From Parcubacteria group bacterium (GTDB lineage Bacteria; Patescibacteriota; Minisyncoccia; Moranbacterales; UBA2206), in the NCBI GenBank assembly GCA_041674205.1, contig JBAYWF010000007.1, forward strand, positions 1 to 62,006: a DNA stretch of 62,006 nucleotides, given 5' to 3'. Under the pieces are notes generated by a model. It was not told the origin of the DNA and made no database searches. It saw only the letters and a list, made by a program, of their open reading frames with translations. Shown here piece after piece: positions 52,974-62,006 of this stretch; the stretch's first letter is position 1, and every line of letters starts with the position of its first letter. The translations under genes were made by a program, and so were the position numbers.

Positions 52974-53960
52974 ATGATCCCAAAAAAAATTAAAGTTGGT
53001 GATGAAATAAGGATTATTGCTCCGTCAAGAAGTCTGGGAATAGTTTCGCAGGAAACCAGGAAATTTGCTGAGGAAGCATTGGCGGGTATGGGGCTTCGGA
53101 TTTCATATGCAAAAAATTCGGAAGAAATCGATGGCTTCCGATCATCTTCAATTGAATCGCGAGTAGCTGATCTGCATGAAGCGTTTTCCGATAAGGACGT
53201 GAAGGGAATCCTGACGGTTATCGGCGGTTTTAATGTCAATCAGATTTTAAAATATTTGGATTATGACCTTATAAAAAATAATCCAAAAATTATTTGTGGC
53301 TATTCGGATATAACAGCTCTTTCCAATGCGATTTATGCGAAAACCGGATTGACTACGTATTCAGGACCGCACTTTTCAACTTTTGGCATGACCAAAGGCA
53401 TAGAATACACAAGTGCATATTTCGAGAAATGTTTGATGCGGGAAGGCTCATTTGAAATTATGTCGTCGGATAAATGGAGTGACGACGCCTGGTATCTGGA
53501 CCAGGAAAACAGAGAGTTTATTAAAAATGAAGGATTTTATGCGATTAACGCCGGCGAGGCGACAGGAATAATTATCGGCGGGAATCTTTGCACTCTTAAT
53601 CTATTGCAAGGTACGGAATTTATGCCTAGCCTGAAAGATGCGATATTGTTTTTAGAAGATGATGATATGAATGGAAAAATGTTTCCGGTAAATTTCGATC
53701 GTGATTTGCAATCACTCATCTATCAGCCAGGATTTAAGGATGTTCAAGGGATTATCATTGGAAGATTTCAGAAAGGTGCTGATATGACTAAGGACAAACT
53801 TGACAAAATCATTAAGTCTAAGAAAGAACTCTCAAAAATCCCAATTATTGCCGGAGTGGACTTCGGGCATACGACTCCTCAAATCACCTTTCCTATCGGA
53901 GGTACGATTAGATTGGCGGCTAAGGATGGAAAAGTGAAATTAGAAATTATCGAACATTAA
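52974..53960 (+). CDS. LD-carboxypeptidase (peptidase S66, LdcA/MccF-like)
   Basis: GYSDITAL nucleophile motif and a C-terminal GHTTPQITFPIG. Confidence 0.8.
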   Translation: MIPKKIKVGDEIRIIAPSRSLGIVSQETRKFAEEALAGMGLRISYAKNSEEIDGFRSSSIESRVADLHEAFSDKDVKGILTVIGGFNVNQILKYLDYDLIKNNPKIICGYSDITALSNAIYAKTGLTTYSGPHFSTFGMTKGIEYTSAYFEKCLMREGSFEIMSSDKWSDDAWYLDQENREFIKNEGFYAINAGEATGIIIGGNLCTLNLLQGTEFMPSLKDAILFLEDDDMNGKMFPVNFDRDLQSLIYQPGFKDVQGIIIGRFQKGADMTKDKLDKIIKSKKELSKIPIIAGVDFGHTTPQITFPIGGTIRLAAKDGKVKLEIIEH

Positions 53961-54018
53961 AATATTAAATTATTTCCTGATTCCTAAAACTTCGTTGTAG
54001 GAATCAGGTGTAAAAAAT

Positions 54019-54900
54019 ATGAAAATCACATTGAGCCAATTTGCGGGGTTTTGCGACGGGGTGCGCCGGGCTTTTGAAATCGTGGATAATCTGGAATCTG
54101 ACAAGGTGAAAAAACCCGTCTATGTGTTGGGATCCCTGGTGCATAACCAGGATGTGGTCAGGAAAATCGAAGAAAAAGGCATCCGGAAAATCGATTTGGA
54201 AACCTTCGCCAAAGCTGAATCGGGCGAAATCGGCACATTGATCATTACGGCGCACGGTGCCGGCCCGCAGATCTACGAAATGGCGCGGGAGAAAAATATC
54301 GATGTCGTCGATACGACCTGTCCGAAAGTCATCAAAGTCCAGCGTTTGGCGCAGGCCTATTCCAAGCGTGGCTATGCTGTCGTATTGGTGGGGGACAAGG
54401 ATCATAAGGAAGTGAAAAGCATCTTCGAATGGGGAAATGGCCAGGCAACCGTCATCTCCAACCGTGAGGATTTGAAAAATATCGATTTGGCGCAGTCGGA
54501 AAAAATCATCATCCTCTCGCAGACCACCCAGAGCCGGGATTTCGTAGACGAAGTATACGGATTCGTGAAAGAAAAATATCCGGCCGCTGAAATCGCGGAT
54601 ACTATCTGTTTGGCGACCAACCAACGGCAAGGCGAGGTCAAAGAAATAGCCCGTGAAAATGATGCCGTGGTAGTGATCGGATCTCCGGAAAGCGCCAATT
54701 CGACGCGTTTGTACGAAATCGCCAAAAGCCTTAATGATAAGGCGGTTTTTGTCGAGAACGACGAGGCTATGCCGGAATGCGGATTTTTTAAGGGAATGGA
54801 AAAGGTGGCGGTGACGGCCGGCGCTTCCACACCGGATTGGATAATTGAGAGGGTGATCGCGCGCCTGGAAGGTTGTAAAAATAGCTTGAATGCTGTATGA
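54019..54900 (+). CDS. ispH: 4-hydroxy-3-methylbut-2-enyl diphosphate reductase
   Basis: LytB family: GFCDGVRRA, HN..V, TCP.V.KV, SNS.RL. Confidence 0.9.
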   Translation: MKITLSQFAGFCDGVRRAFEIVDNLESDKVKKPVYVLGSLVHNQDVVRKIEEKGIRKIDLETFAKAESGEIGTLIITAHGAGPQIYEMAREKNIDVVDTTCPKVIKVQRLAQAYSKRGYAVVLVGDKDHKEVKSIFEWGNGQATVISNREDLKNIDLAQSEKIIILSQTTQSRDFVDEVYGFVKEKYPAAEIADTICLATNQRQGEVKEIARENDAVVVIGSPESANSTRLYEIAKSLNDKAVFVENDEAMPECGFFKGMEKVAVTAGASTPDWIIERVIARLEGCKNSLNAV

Positions 54901-54927
54901 TTTAAAAATAAACTTATTTTCTAAGCT

Positions 54928-55293
54928 ATGGCTAAAATCATTATCGTCGAAGATAATCCGATGATCGCTGAAATATACCTGAAAAAATTTTCCAATTCGG
55001 GATTTGAGGTTTTTCCGGCGACCACGGCTGAGCAAGCTCTCAGTATCGCCAAGATAGAAAAAATAGACGTGCTTATGACCGATCTGATTATGCCGAAAAT
55101 GGACGGTTTCCAGCTGATCGAAGAATTGCGGAATGGAAAATACGATCCAGCTATGAAAATAATCGTGGCAAGTAATTTGAGTCAGAAGGAGGATCGGGAC
55201 AAGGCTATCCAGCTGGGAGCCGACGGTTTCGTGGCTAAATCCGAATTCAGTCCGAGCGAACTGGTGGTGGAAATCAAGAAATTTCTATCCTAA
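54928..55293 (+). CDS. single-domain response regulator (CheY-like receiver)
   Basis: IVEDN, LMTDLIMPKMDG and a K-containing receiver fold. No output domain. Confidence 0.85.
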   Translation: MAKIIIVEDNPMIAEIYLKKFSNSGFEVFPATTAEQALSIAKIEKIDVLMTDLIMPKMDGFQLIEELRNGKYDPAMKIIVASNLSQKEDRDKAIQLGADGFVAKSEFSPSELVVEIKKFLS

Positions 55294-55367
55294 CGCCAAT
55301 AGTCTGTAAAATCAAGCGTAAAGAGCTAAAATTTAAATAAGGTTAAATAATTCGAGGAAATAAATTT

Positions 55368-56687
55368 ATGCAAAGAATTTTAATCGATGAGACGCCGAAA
55401 CTGATCGGCCAAGTCGTGAAACTGCAGGGCTGGGTCAGTATCCGCCGCGACCACGGCAAGCTTATTTTTATCGATTTGCGCGATCGGAGCGGGAAGATCC
55501 AGATGGTTATCATTCCGGATAAGGAAGATGCCTACAAGGCTGCCAAGGAAATCCGCAGCGAATGTATCATCGAAGTCGAAGGGCTGGTGAAAGCGCGGCC
55601 GGGCGGAGCGAAGAATGAGAAAATTCCGACTGGCGGAGTGGAAATCGAAGTGGAGAAGTTGGATGTGATTTCCAAACCGGAGGTGGAGCTGCCGGTCGAC
55701 ATATCGGTCGAAGGGCTTAACTTGAACTTGGATACGCTTCTGGACAATCGGACACTGACCTTGAGGAATGAAAAAATCAAAGCTATTTTCAAGATTTATG
55801 CTGAGATGATCGGTGCTTATGCGCGTATCGCGAAACAGGAGGGATTTTTGGAAATCAAGACTCCCAAAATCCTTGATTCGGCCACCGAAGGCGGAGCTAA
55901 TTTTTTCAAAATCAAATATTTCGATAAGGATGCCTATTTGGCTCAAAGTCCGCAATTTTACAAACAAGCGGGCGTAGGGATTTTTGAAAGGGTCTTCGAA
56001 GTCGGCTCGGTATTCCGGGCGGAACCGCATTACACTACCCGGCACGTCAATGAATACATCGGGCTGGATGCTGAAATGGGTTTTATTGAAAACTTCGAGG
56101 ATGTGATGGTTGAATTGGAAAAGGTTATGACATATGTGATGAGGGAAGTTTCCCAAAATTGCCAGAGTGAATTGGAATCATATGGCGCACAAATTTTGCC
56201 AGTGGAAAAAATTCCTCGGATGAAATTGACCGAAGCGTTGGATATTCTTGATAAGGAATATGGCAAGAAAATGGACGAAGTCGACATCGATGCCGAAGGC
56301 GAGCGTCTGATTTGCGAATGGGTCAAGAAAAATCATAATTCCGATTTCGTATTTTTGACGCACTACCCGGCTGCTATCCGGCCATTCTATTCCATGCCAA
56401 GTCCTGACCCGCAATATACGGACACATTCGATCTTTTGTTTATGGGCGTGGAAATTGCCAGCGGCGGCCAGCGTATCCATGATTACGGCCAATTGGTGGC
56501 CAATATGAAAAAGCATAAGTTGAATCCAGAAGAATTCAGCCATTATTTGGATATCTTCAAATATGGCATCCCGCCGCATGGCGGTTGGGGCCTGGGTTCC
56601 GAGCGGATCGTGCAAAAAATCCTCGGTTTAGGCAGTATCAAGGAAGCGATCCTGTTTCCGCGCGACGTAAAGAGATTGACCCCGTAA
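55368..56687 (+). CDS. aspS: aspartyl-tRNA synthetase, archaeal/eukaryotic-type (class IIb)
   Basis: OB-fold N-domain (FIDLRDRSGKIQ), QSPQFYKQ, FRAEPHYTTRHVNEYIGLDAEM, GGWGLGSERI. Confidence 0.85.
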   Translation: MQRILIDETPKLIGQVVKLQGWVSIRRDHGKLIFIDLRDRSGKIQMVIIPDKEDAYKAAKEIRSECIIEVEGLVKARPGGAKNEKIPTGGVEIEVEKLDVISKPEVELPVDISVEGLNLNLDTLLDNRTLTLRNEKIKAIFKIYAEMIGAYARIAKQEGFLEIKTPKILDSATEGGANFFKIKYFDKDAYLAQSPQFYKQAGVGIFERVFEVGSVFRAEPHYTTRHVNEYIGLDAEMGFIENFEDVMVELEKVMTYVMREVSQNCQSELESYGAQILPVEKIPRMKLTEALDILDKEYGKKMDEVDIDAEGERLICEWVKKNHNSDFVFLTHYPAAIRPFYSMPSPDPQYTDTFDLLFMGVEIASGGQRIHDYGQLVANMKKHKLNPEEFSHYLDIFKYGIPPHGGWGLGSERIVQKILGLGSIKEAILFPRDVKRLTP

Positions 56688-56788
56688 CGGCTTTAAGATA
56701 AATATAAAAATAAAAAATCACCCATCCGGATTTAGCGGTGTCGCGTTGGAGCAGCGGTTTTCCAGATTGGGTGTTTGGAAAAAAATAG

Positions 56789-58003
56789 ATGGAAAAAAAC
56801 AAGCATAATGAGCAATTGGATGAAACCCGGCTCCGTTTGTCGAGTTTCGTGACTTTCCTGATGGGCTTTTCACAGGCGGTCCTGATTTATGTGATGTCTT
56901 CGTATTTTGAATTGGCCACCGGTATGCGGAATGTCGGGGTTTTTTACGCGGCTTCCTATGGGATATTCCTGTTGATTCTGTTCAATCTGCATAAATTGGT
57001 CCGGCTTTGGGGCAAATCGAATGTTTTCTATTTTTCCCTATTGGCTAATATCATCGTGATCACCTTGCTTATCTTCGCCCAGCCGTCGATGGTCGGCGTC
57101 TTGCTTCTGATGCTCTATATAATTTTGGGCCATATCCAATGGGTGGCGTTGGATGTGATAGTGGAAAGTTTTTCAGTGGACAGGATGTCCGGACGGATCC
57201 GCGGTTTGCATTTGACCATCCTTAATGCCGGCTTTATGTTCGGACCGTTCGCTTCGACCTATATCCTGGACCGGATGGATTTCCAGGGGATTTTTATTTT
57301 CGCCTTGATTTTCAATTGTTTCGTGTTTATCTTCGCCTTGATCGGTTTCAGGAACATTAACCATAAATTCGAGCAAAAACTGAGAGTGATGGATATCTTG
57401 CGGAAAGTGCGCCGCAAGGCGGATATCATGCGGATATATTATATTTCATTCGTTTTGGAATTTTTCTATGCCTTGATGATAATCTATACTCCGATTTATC
57501 TGCGTGATCTGGGATATTCCTGGGAGAATATCGGTTGGATTTTTACGGCTATGTTGGTGCCTTTCGTGGTTTTACAGTACCCGATGGGGATTTTGGCGGA
57601 CAAGAAAACCGGTGAGAAGGAGTTTTTGATCGTGGCGCTTTTGCTGATGGCTTGTTCGACTTCGGCTGTCTATTTCATCGGAACCGGCACGGCGGCTATT
57701 TGGGCGACAGTCCTGTTCGCTACCAGGATCGGGGCGGCGCTGATAGAAATCCTGCGCGATTCGTATTTCTTCAAGAAAATCGACGCGACCGACGTGGATC
57801 TTATCAATTTCTTCCGAACATCCGTGCCGGTAGCCAACATCATGGCTGCGGCCCTTTCGTCCGTGGTGTTGATTTTCGCACCGATCAAATTCACCTTCAT
57901 CTTGACCGGACTGGTCGTCCTGTCGGCCCTCTATCCGGCGTTTAAGCTGGTGGATAACGCGAGTGAGAAGGAACTGCGCGCCAAGGCGGCCGCCAGGGCT
58001 TGA
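56789..58003 (+). CDS. MFS transporter
   Basis: 12 predicted TM helices with an MFS-like loop 2-3 motif (DRMSGRIRG). Confidence 0.75.
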   Translation: MEKNKHNEQLDETRLRLSSFVTFLMGFSQAVLIYVMSSYFELATGMRNVGVFYAASYGIFLLILFNLHKLVRLWGKSNVFYFSLLANIIVITLLIFAQPSMVGVLLLMLYIILGHIQWVALDVIVESFSVDRMSGRIRGLHLTILNAGFMFGPFASTYILDRMDFQGIFIFALIFNCFVFIFALIGFRNINHKFEQKLRVMDILRKVRRKADIMRIYYISFVLEFFYALMIIYTPIYLRDLGYSWENIGWIFTAMLVPFVVLQYPMGILADKKTGEKEFLIVALLLMACSTSAVYFIGTGTAAIWATVLFATRIGAALIEILRDSYFFKKIDATDVDLINFFRTSVPVANIMAAALSSVVLIFAPIKFTFILTGLVVLSALYPAFKLVDNASEKELRAKAAARA

Positions 58004-58120
58004 TCGGAGCGAGGCATCCGGACGTTTTTTTTGTTTGAAAAAAATAATAATCAGTGATAGTATGTAAGAAGTCGATCCAGTGGTTTTAATAGCGGCGGAC
58101 GAGAGGATAATGTTTGAAAT

Positions 58121-58837
58121 ATGGCGTATAATGTAAAAATAGAGAAATTCGAGGGGCCGATGGATTTGTTGTTGGAACTGATCGAGAAGGAGAAATTGAA
58201 CATCACCGAGCTGAGTTTGGCGCATGTGGCGGATCAATATTTGGACTATATCAAGGCTAATGATGATATCAAATTGGAAAATTTGGCTGAATTCCTGTCG
58301 GTGGCGGCCAAATTGATTTTGATTAAATCGCGCGCGCTTTTGCCGCTTTTGCAATTCACGGAAGAGGAGGAAGAGGAAATCAAGGACTTGGCTAAGCAAC
58401 TGGAAGAATATAAAAAATTCAAGGAAGCTTCAATCGTGTTGGGAAAACTGGCGGAAGCCGGCAGGATCAGTTATGCGCGGCCGGGCTATGCCGGAGTGCA
58501 AACCATCTTCTATCCGCCCGAGGATATCAATGTTTATGATTTTCGGAAATATTTCCAATTCGTCCTGGCGGAAATTCCGGTCGTAGAACAGCTGGATGAG
58601 GAAGTGGTCCGGGAGGTCATCACGCTGGAGGAGAAAATCAACGATTTACAAAATACCTTGCGCCAGCGGGTCGAGATGTCATTTTCCGAATTGACAACCG
58701 GAGCGACGGACAAGATCGATGTGATACTTTCATTTCTAGCTATGCTGGAGATGGTGAAACAGCGGATTATCGATGTTGAACAGGGCGAGTTATTCGAAGA
58801 AATCCGATTGAAAAATAAGACGACAAGCCAATTTTAA
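58121..58837 (+). CDS. scpA: segregation and condensation protein A
   Basis: FEGPMDLLLELIEKEKLNITELSLAHVADQYL N-terminus typical of ScpA. Followed by scpB. Confidence 0.85.
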   Translation: MAYNVKIEKFEGPMDLLLELIEKEKLNITELSLAHVADQYLDYIKANDDIKLENLAEFLSVAAKLILIKSRALLPLLQFTEEEEEEIKDLAKQLEEYKKFKEASIVLGKLAEAGRISYARPGYAGVQTIFYPPEDINVYDFRKYFQFVLAEIPVVEQLDEEVVREVITLEEKINDLQNTLRQRVEMSFSELTTGATDKIDVILSFLAMLEMVKQRIIDVEQGELFEEIRLKNKTTSQF

Positions 58838-58861
58838 ATGTAGGTTTTAAAATTTTATATT

Positions 58862-59404
58862 ATGGAACAAGAAAAATTAAAATCGGCCATCGAAAGCATC
58901 CTGTTTGTCAGTGGAGAACCGGTAGCCGTGGCTAAAATCGCCAAAGTGACTGAATCTTCGCTTGAGGATGTCGAACGGTCCGTAGCGGTTTTGCAGGAAG
59001 AATATTCCGCGGCGAAAAGAGGGATGGTCATCATCAGGAAAGAGAATGAATTCCAGCTGGCGACCAATCCTGAGAACGCGGTTGTCGTCGAACAATTGGT
59101 AAAAAGCGAGATCCAAGAAAATTTGAGCAAAGCCGGTTTGGAAGTGTTGGCGATAATAGCATATCGCGGACCGATTACGAGAGTCGAAGTCGAAGCGATC
59201 CGGGGAGTCAATTGCAGCTTCACCGTCCGCTCCCTGCTGATGCGCGGACTTTTGGAGCGGATCGAAAACCCCAAGGATAACCGAGGATATTTATATAAAA
59301 TTTCATTCGATTTCCTGAAGAAATTGGGAATCGACAGTATCGAAAAATTGCCGGACTATGAAACATTGTCTAAGGATGATAGGATTGATAGTATAATAAC
59401 GTAA
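58862..59404 (+). CDS. scpB: segregation and condensation protein B
   Basis: ESILFVSGEPV and LEVLAIIAYRGPITRVEVEAIRGV winged-helix motifs. Confidence 0.85.
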   Translation: MEQEKLKSAIESILFVSGEPVAVAKIAKVTESSLEDVERSVAVLQEEYSAAKRGMVIIRKENEFQLATNPENAVVVEQLVKSEIQENLSKAGLEVLAIIAYRGPITRVEVEAIRGVNCSFTVRSLLMRGLLERIENPKDNRGYLYKISFDFLKKLGIDSIEKLPDYETLSKDDRIDSIIT

Positions 59405-59431
59405 TTATGAGTAAGCTTTAATGGTTTTCCT

Positions 59432-60490
59432 ATGTTGAACCTGATTATCACATTTTTAATAATACCGTTCGCCCCGATTTGGTTTTACGGGGATATGGCC
59501 GGCAGTATGCGAGGAACGGAAGTGTCGATGCCCAGCGTTTCTTGCCAAGCGGAAGCGGACGTTTGCGGTTTGCCTCCGTCAGGCAAAGAGGATGCCTTCG
59601 ATGGTTTTGATGCGAAAAAAAATGAAAAATATAGCATCTTTCCAGTGGACCCGGTGATGGCTTCCGGGCTTGTACCGACACGCAAACAAGGAGTCTCGGA
59701 TCTTAAAATCTGGGCCGGTTCATCCGTGGCTATCGATGCCGATAGCGGCACGATCATCCATTATGATAACGGACGCAAGCGGACCCAAATCGCCTCACTG
59801 ACGAAGATGATGACAGCGATTTTGGCTATAGAAAATATAGAAAATCTGGATGAGGAAGTGCTCATCACCAAAGAAGCGTTGCGGGTGGACGGGACCGTCG
59901 TGGGTTGTCCGACCAGCGTTTTTTGCAATGGCAATCAGATGTTTGTCGGGGAGAAAGTCCGTGCCAAGGACCTTATGCGGGCGATGTTGATGAATAGCGC
60001 GAATGATTCGGCTACGGCGCTCGGCATCCACATCGCCGGATCTCCGGAAAAGTTTGTGGATATGATGAATAAGAAGGCTAAGGATATGGGGCTGAAAGAA
60101 TCGAATTTTTGCACCCCTTCGGGGCTTGAAATCGACGATCATGAGGATCAATGCTATTCGACGGCCTATGATATCGCCCGGATCGCCGCGTATTCTTTGA
60201 AATATGAAACCATCTGGAATATCATGATGGTTCCTGACGGAAGATTCTATTCCGCGGACGGAAAATATATGCATGAGCTTAAAAATACCGATATGTTGCT
60301 GGCGACGATGCCGAATTGTATCGGCGGCAAGACCGGCTTCACGCCTTTGGCGGGAAAGTCGCTGATGATGGGCGCCGAGGATCCGGCCGGCAAGCATCGG
60401 ATAATCGCGGTCCTTTTGAATGACGAACAGCGTTGGGACGATATGAAAACGCTGGTAGATTGGATTTTTAATAATCATACTTGGCAATAA
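59432..60490 (+). CDS. D-alanyl-D-alanine carboxypeptidase (peptidase S11, PBP5/6-like)
   Basis: SLTK (SxxK), SAND (SxN) and KTGFT (KTG) motifs. Confidence 0.85.
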   Translation: MLNLIITFLIIPFAPIWFYGDMAGSMRGTEVSMPSVSCQAEADVCGLPPSGKEDAFDGFDAKKNEKYSIFPVDPVMASGLVPTRKQGVSDLKIWAGSSVAIDADSGTIIHYDNGRKRTQIASLTKMMTAILAIENIENLDEEVLITKEALRVDGTVVGCPTSVFCNGNQMFVGEKVRAKDLMRAMLMNSANDSATALGIHIAGSPEKFVDMMNKKAKDMGLKESNFCTPSGLEIDDHEDQCYSTAYDIARIAAYSLKYETIWNIMMVPDGRFYSADGKYMHELKNTDMLLATMPNCIGGKTGFTPLAGKSLMMGAEDPAGKHRIIAVLLNDEQRWDDMKTLVDWIFNNHTWQ

Positions 60491-60491
60491 T

Positions 60492-61601
60492 ATGGGCTTG
60501 GCACAGATACAAAACATCCCGTTGGTCGTGAATGTCATCAAGGTTTTTTCGACCGGCTTTATCGCTTTTGTGTTAGCCTTTTTGTTTACGCCGCTCTTGA
60601 CCAATTTCCTGTATAAAAAACGTATCGGCATACGGATCAAACAGAATTCCGTCGATGGGGAAAAACTCACCTATGTGAGCCAGTTGCACAAAGATAAGAG
60701 TGGAACCCCGACGATGGGCGGAATCCTGGTTTGGGCGACCGTATTGGTCCTGATTTTCACTTCACACTACGTTTTCCCCTGGCTGGCCGAGATGTTTGAC
60801 ACTAATTTTATCGCACGCCTGGATTTTTTGAGCCGTTCGCAGACTTGGCTGCCGCTTTTCGCTTTGATTTCCGCCGGGATTTTGGGATTGTTCGATGATT
60901 GGATGAGCGTGCGGGGCATCGGAAAAAATAAGGGCGGCGGTATGCGCTTTGCGATGCGTTTCGGCTGGCTGATCGTGATCGCCATAGCCGGGGCTTGGTG
61001 GTTCTATTATAAATTGGAAATAGACAGCATCCATATTCCGGCGATGGGCAACTTTGAAATCGGACTTTGGTATCTTCCACTTTTCATTTTCGTCATCTTG
61101 TTCACTGCTATCTCGTCGAATGAAACTGACGGATTGGACGGGCTCAATGGCGGAATTATGCTGATCGCCTTCAGTTCTTTCGCCCTCATCTCTTTTTTCC
61201 ATAACAAGATGGACATCGCGGCTTTTTGCGCGGCCATCGCCGGAGCGCTGCTGGCTTTTTTGTGGTTCAATATCTATCCCGCCCGGTTTTTTATGGGCGA
61301 TACCGGAGCGGTGGCATTGGGCACAACTTTGGGAGTGGTGGCGATGCTGACCAATTCCGTCATCGCCTTGTTTATCATCGTCTTTATCTATGTCATCGAG
61401 TCGGGTTCGGTCTGTATCCAACTGGCTTCAAAAAAAATATTCAAACGCAAAGTCTTTTTAGCGGCGCCGATCCACCATCATTTCGAGGCCAAAGGCTGGC
61501 CGGAAACCAAGGTGACGATGCGGGCTTGGATCTTCACTTTGGTGACGGCGATGATCGGGGTGATTATCGCGGTGTTGGGGATGGGGAGAGGGAATTTTTA
61601 G
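60492..61601 (+). CDS. mraY: phospho-N-acetylmuramoyl-pentapeptide transferase
   Basis: 10-TM protein with NETDGLDGL, GDTG and HHHFE motifs. Confidence 0.9.
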   Translation: MGLAQIQNIPLVVNVIKVFSTGFIAFVLAFLFTPLLTNFLYKKRIGIRIKQNSVDGEKLTYVSQLHKDKSGTPTMGGILVWATVLVLIFTSHYVFPWLAEMFDTNFIARLDFLSRSQTWLPLFALISAGILGLFDDWMSVRGIGKNKGGGMRFAMRFGWLIVIAIAGAWWFYYKLEIDSIHIPAMGNFEIGLWYLPLFIFVILFTAISSNETDGLDGLNGGIMLIAFSSFALISFFHNKMDIAAFCAAIAGALLAFLWFNIYPARFFMGDTGAVALGTTLGVVAMLTNSVIALFIIVFIYVIESGSVCIQLASKKIFKRKVFLAAPIHHHFEAKGWPETKVTMRAWIFTLVTAMIGVIIAVLGMGRGNF

Positions 61602-61629
61602 ATTATTCATCGTCTTATTTTTTTAAATT

Positions 61630-62006
61630 GCAGCGCTAGTGCGGTTCGCCATTTTCTTTGGCGGCAAAGAAAGTGGCAAAAAGAAACCGCCGGCACCGGC
61701 TCGTGCTGTCTAAATTCCTAGCTTGGTCGCTAAAATTTTTAATGCGGCCACAAGAGGCGTAAAAATTTCTTAACGCTCCCGCGCTGGAATTTAGAAACGC
61801 ACTACGCCAAGGTGCGGATTTGTTTTTTAGCGTCAAAACTATTCCCGCACTAGCGGAATACCAAGCTACAAATTGAGATTTAGGAGCGTAAAAAAATACT
61901 GGTCCGCCGCGGGGCAACCGGTATTTTTTAGCGAATAAATTGAAAATTTGTCTTGGTATCCAGCCGTGCGGCCTTTTTCTTTTTTGCCACTTTTCTTTTG
62001 GGAAAA
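61630..62006. repeat. inverted-repeat-dense non-coding element, truncated by window end
   Basis: About 40-bp imperfect terminal inverted repeats (61664-61705 vs 61963-62002, core AAAGAAAGTGGCAAAAAGAAA / TTTCTTTTTTGCCACTTTTCTTT). Nested IRs CGCTAGTGCGG/CCGCACTAGCG, CTAAATTCC/GGAATTTAG and TAGCTTGGT/ACCAAGCTA. Confidence 0.45.

Noticed and set aside
61636-61917. 93-aa minus-strand ORF in the IR-dense element
   Set aside because: No RBS is present and the composition is odd. The ORF spans multiple inverted repeats, so it is more likely non-coding.

Overview
The window is 62 kb from a small-genome bacterium. I infer a CPR/Patescibacteria-like lineage from the short EF-Ts, archaeal-type AspRS, an INS-less ProRS, an isopentenyl phosphate kinase and many tiny operons. 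The genetic code is standard, with TGA, TAA and TAG all ending well-supported genes. Most of the window is housekeeping. This includes rmuC, a GT4 transferase, prmC, prfA, a CsoR-MFP-RND efflux operon, rpmE, rpsB-tsf, a tRNA-Thr/Tyr/Thr-rpmG-tRNA-Trp cluster and msrAB. It also includes a two-component system, a DEAD-box helicase, ispG, ispH, two AdoMetDC paralogues, proB-like, proS, an ABC exporter, aspS, scpAB, a D-Ala-D-Ala carboxypeptidase and mraY. Right after tRNA-Trp (about 21.0 to 34.3 kb) lies a visibly more AT-rich accessory island. Its first 8 kb is an array of same-strand gene cassettes carrying Nudix x2, GNAT, HD, a PP-loop ATPase, an AbrB-like pseudogene and hypotheticals. Each cassette is followed by a conserved ~95-bp module ending in CGTGCAT, then a hairpin/terminator and a promoter. 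On the opposite strand the module reads as a ~31-aa mini-ORF whose copies differ mainly at synonymous positions. Module types and hairpin types are reassorted exactly at the GTGCA core, which suggests a recombination site. No integrase and no attC-like structure are visible, so I consider this the best candidate for an undescribed cassette system. Other notable items follow. A small-peptide/radical-SAM-SPASM/GNAT/DUF5320/DUF134 cluster has an in-frame TGA followed by a Cys-rich extension and a SECIS-like hairpin. A receiver-domain fusion to an RlmN/Cfr-type radical SAM methyltransferase sits beside a two-component system. There is also a CDP-x-TEDC repeat protein, several promoter/terminator-bounded structured RNAs of unknown class, and an IR-dense element at the right edge.
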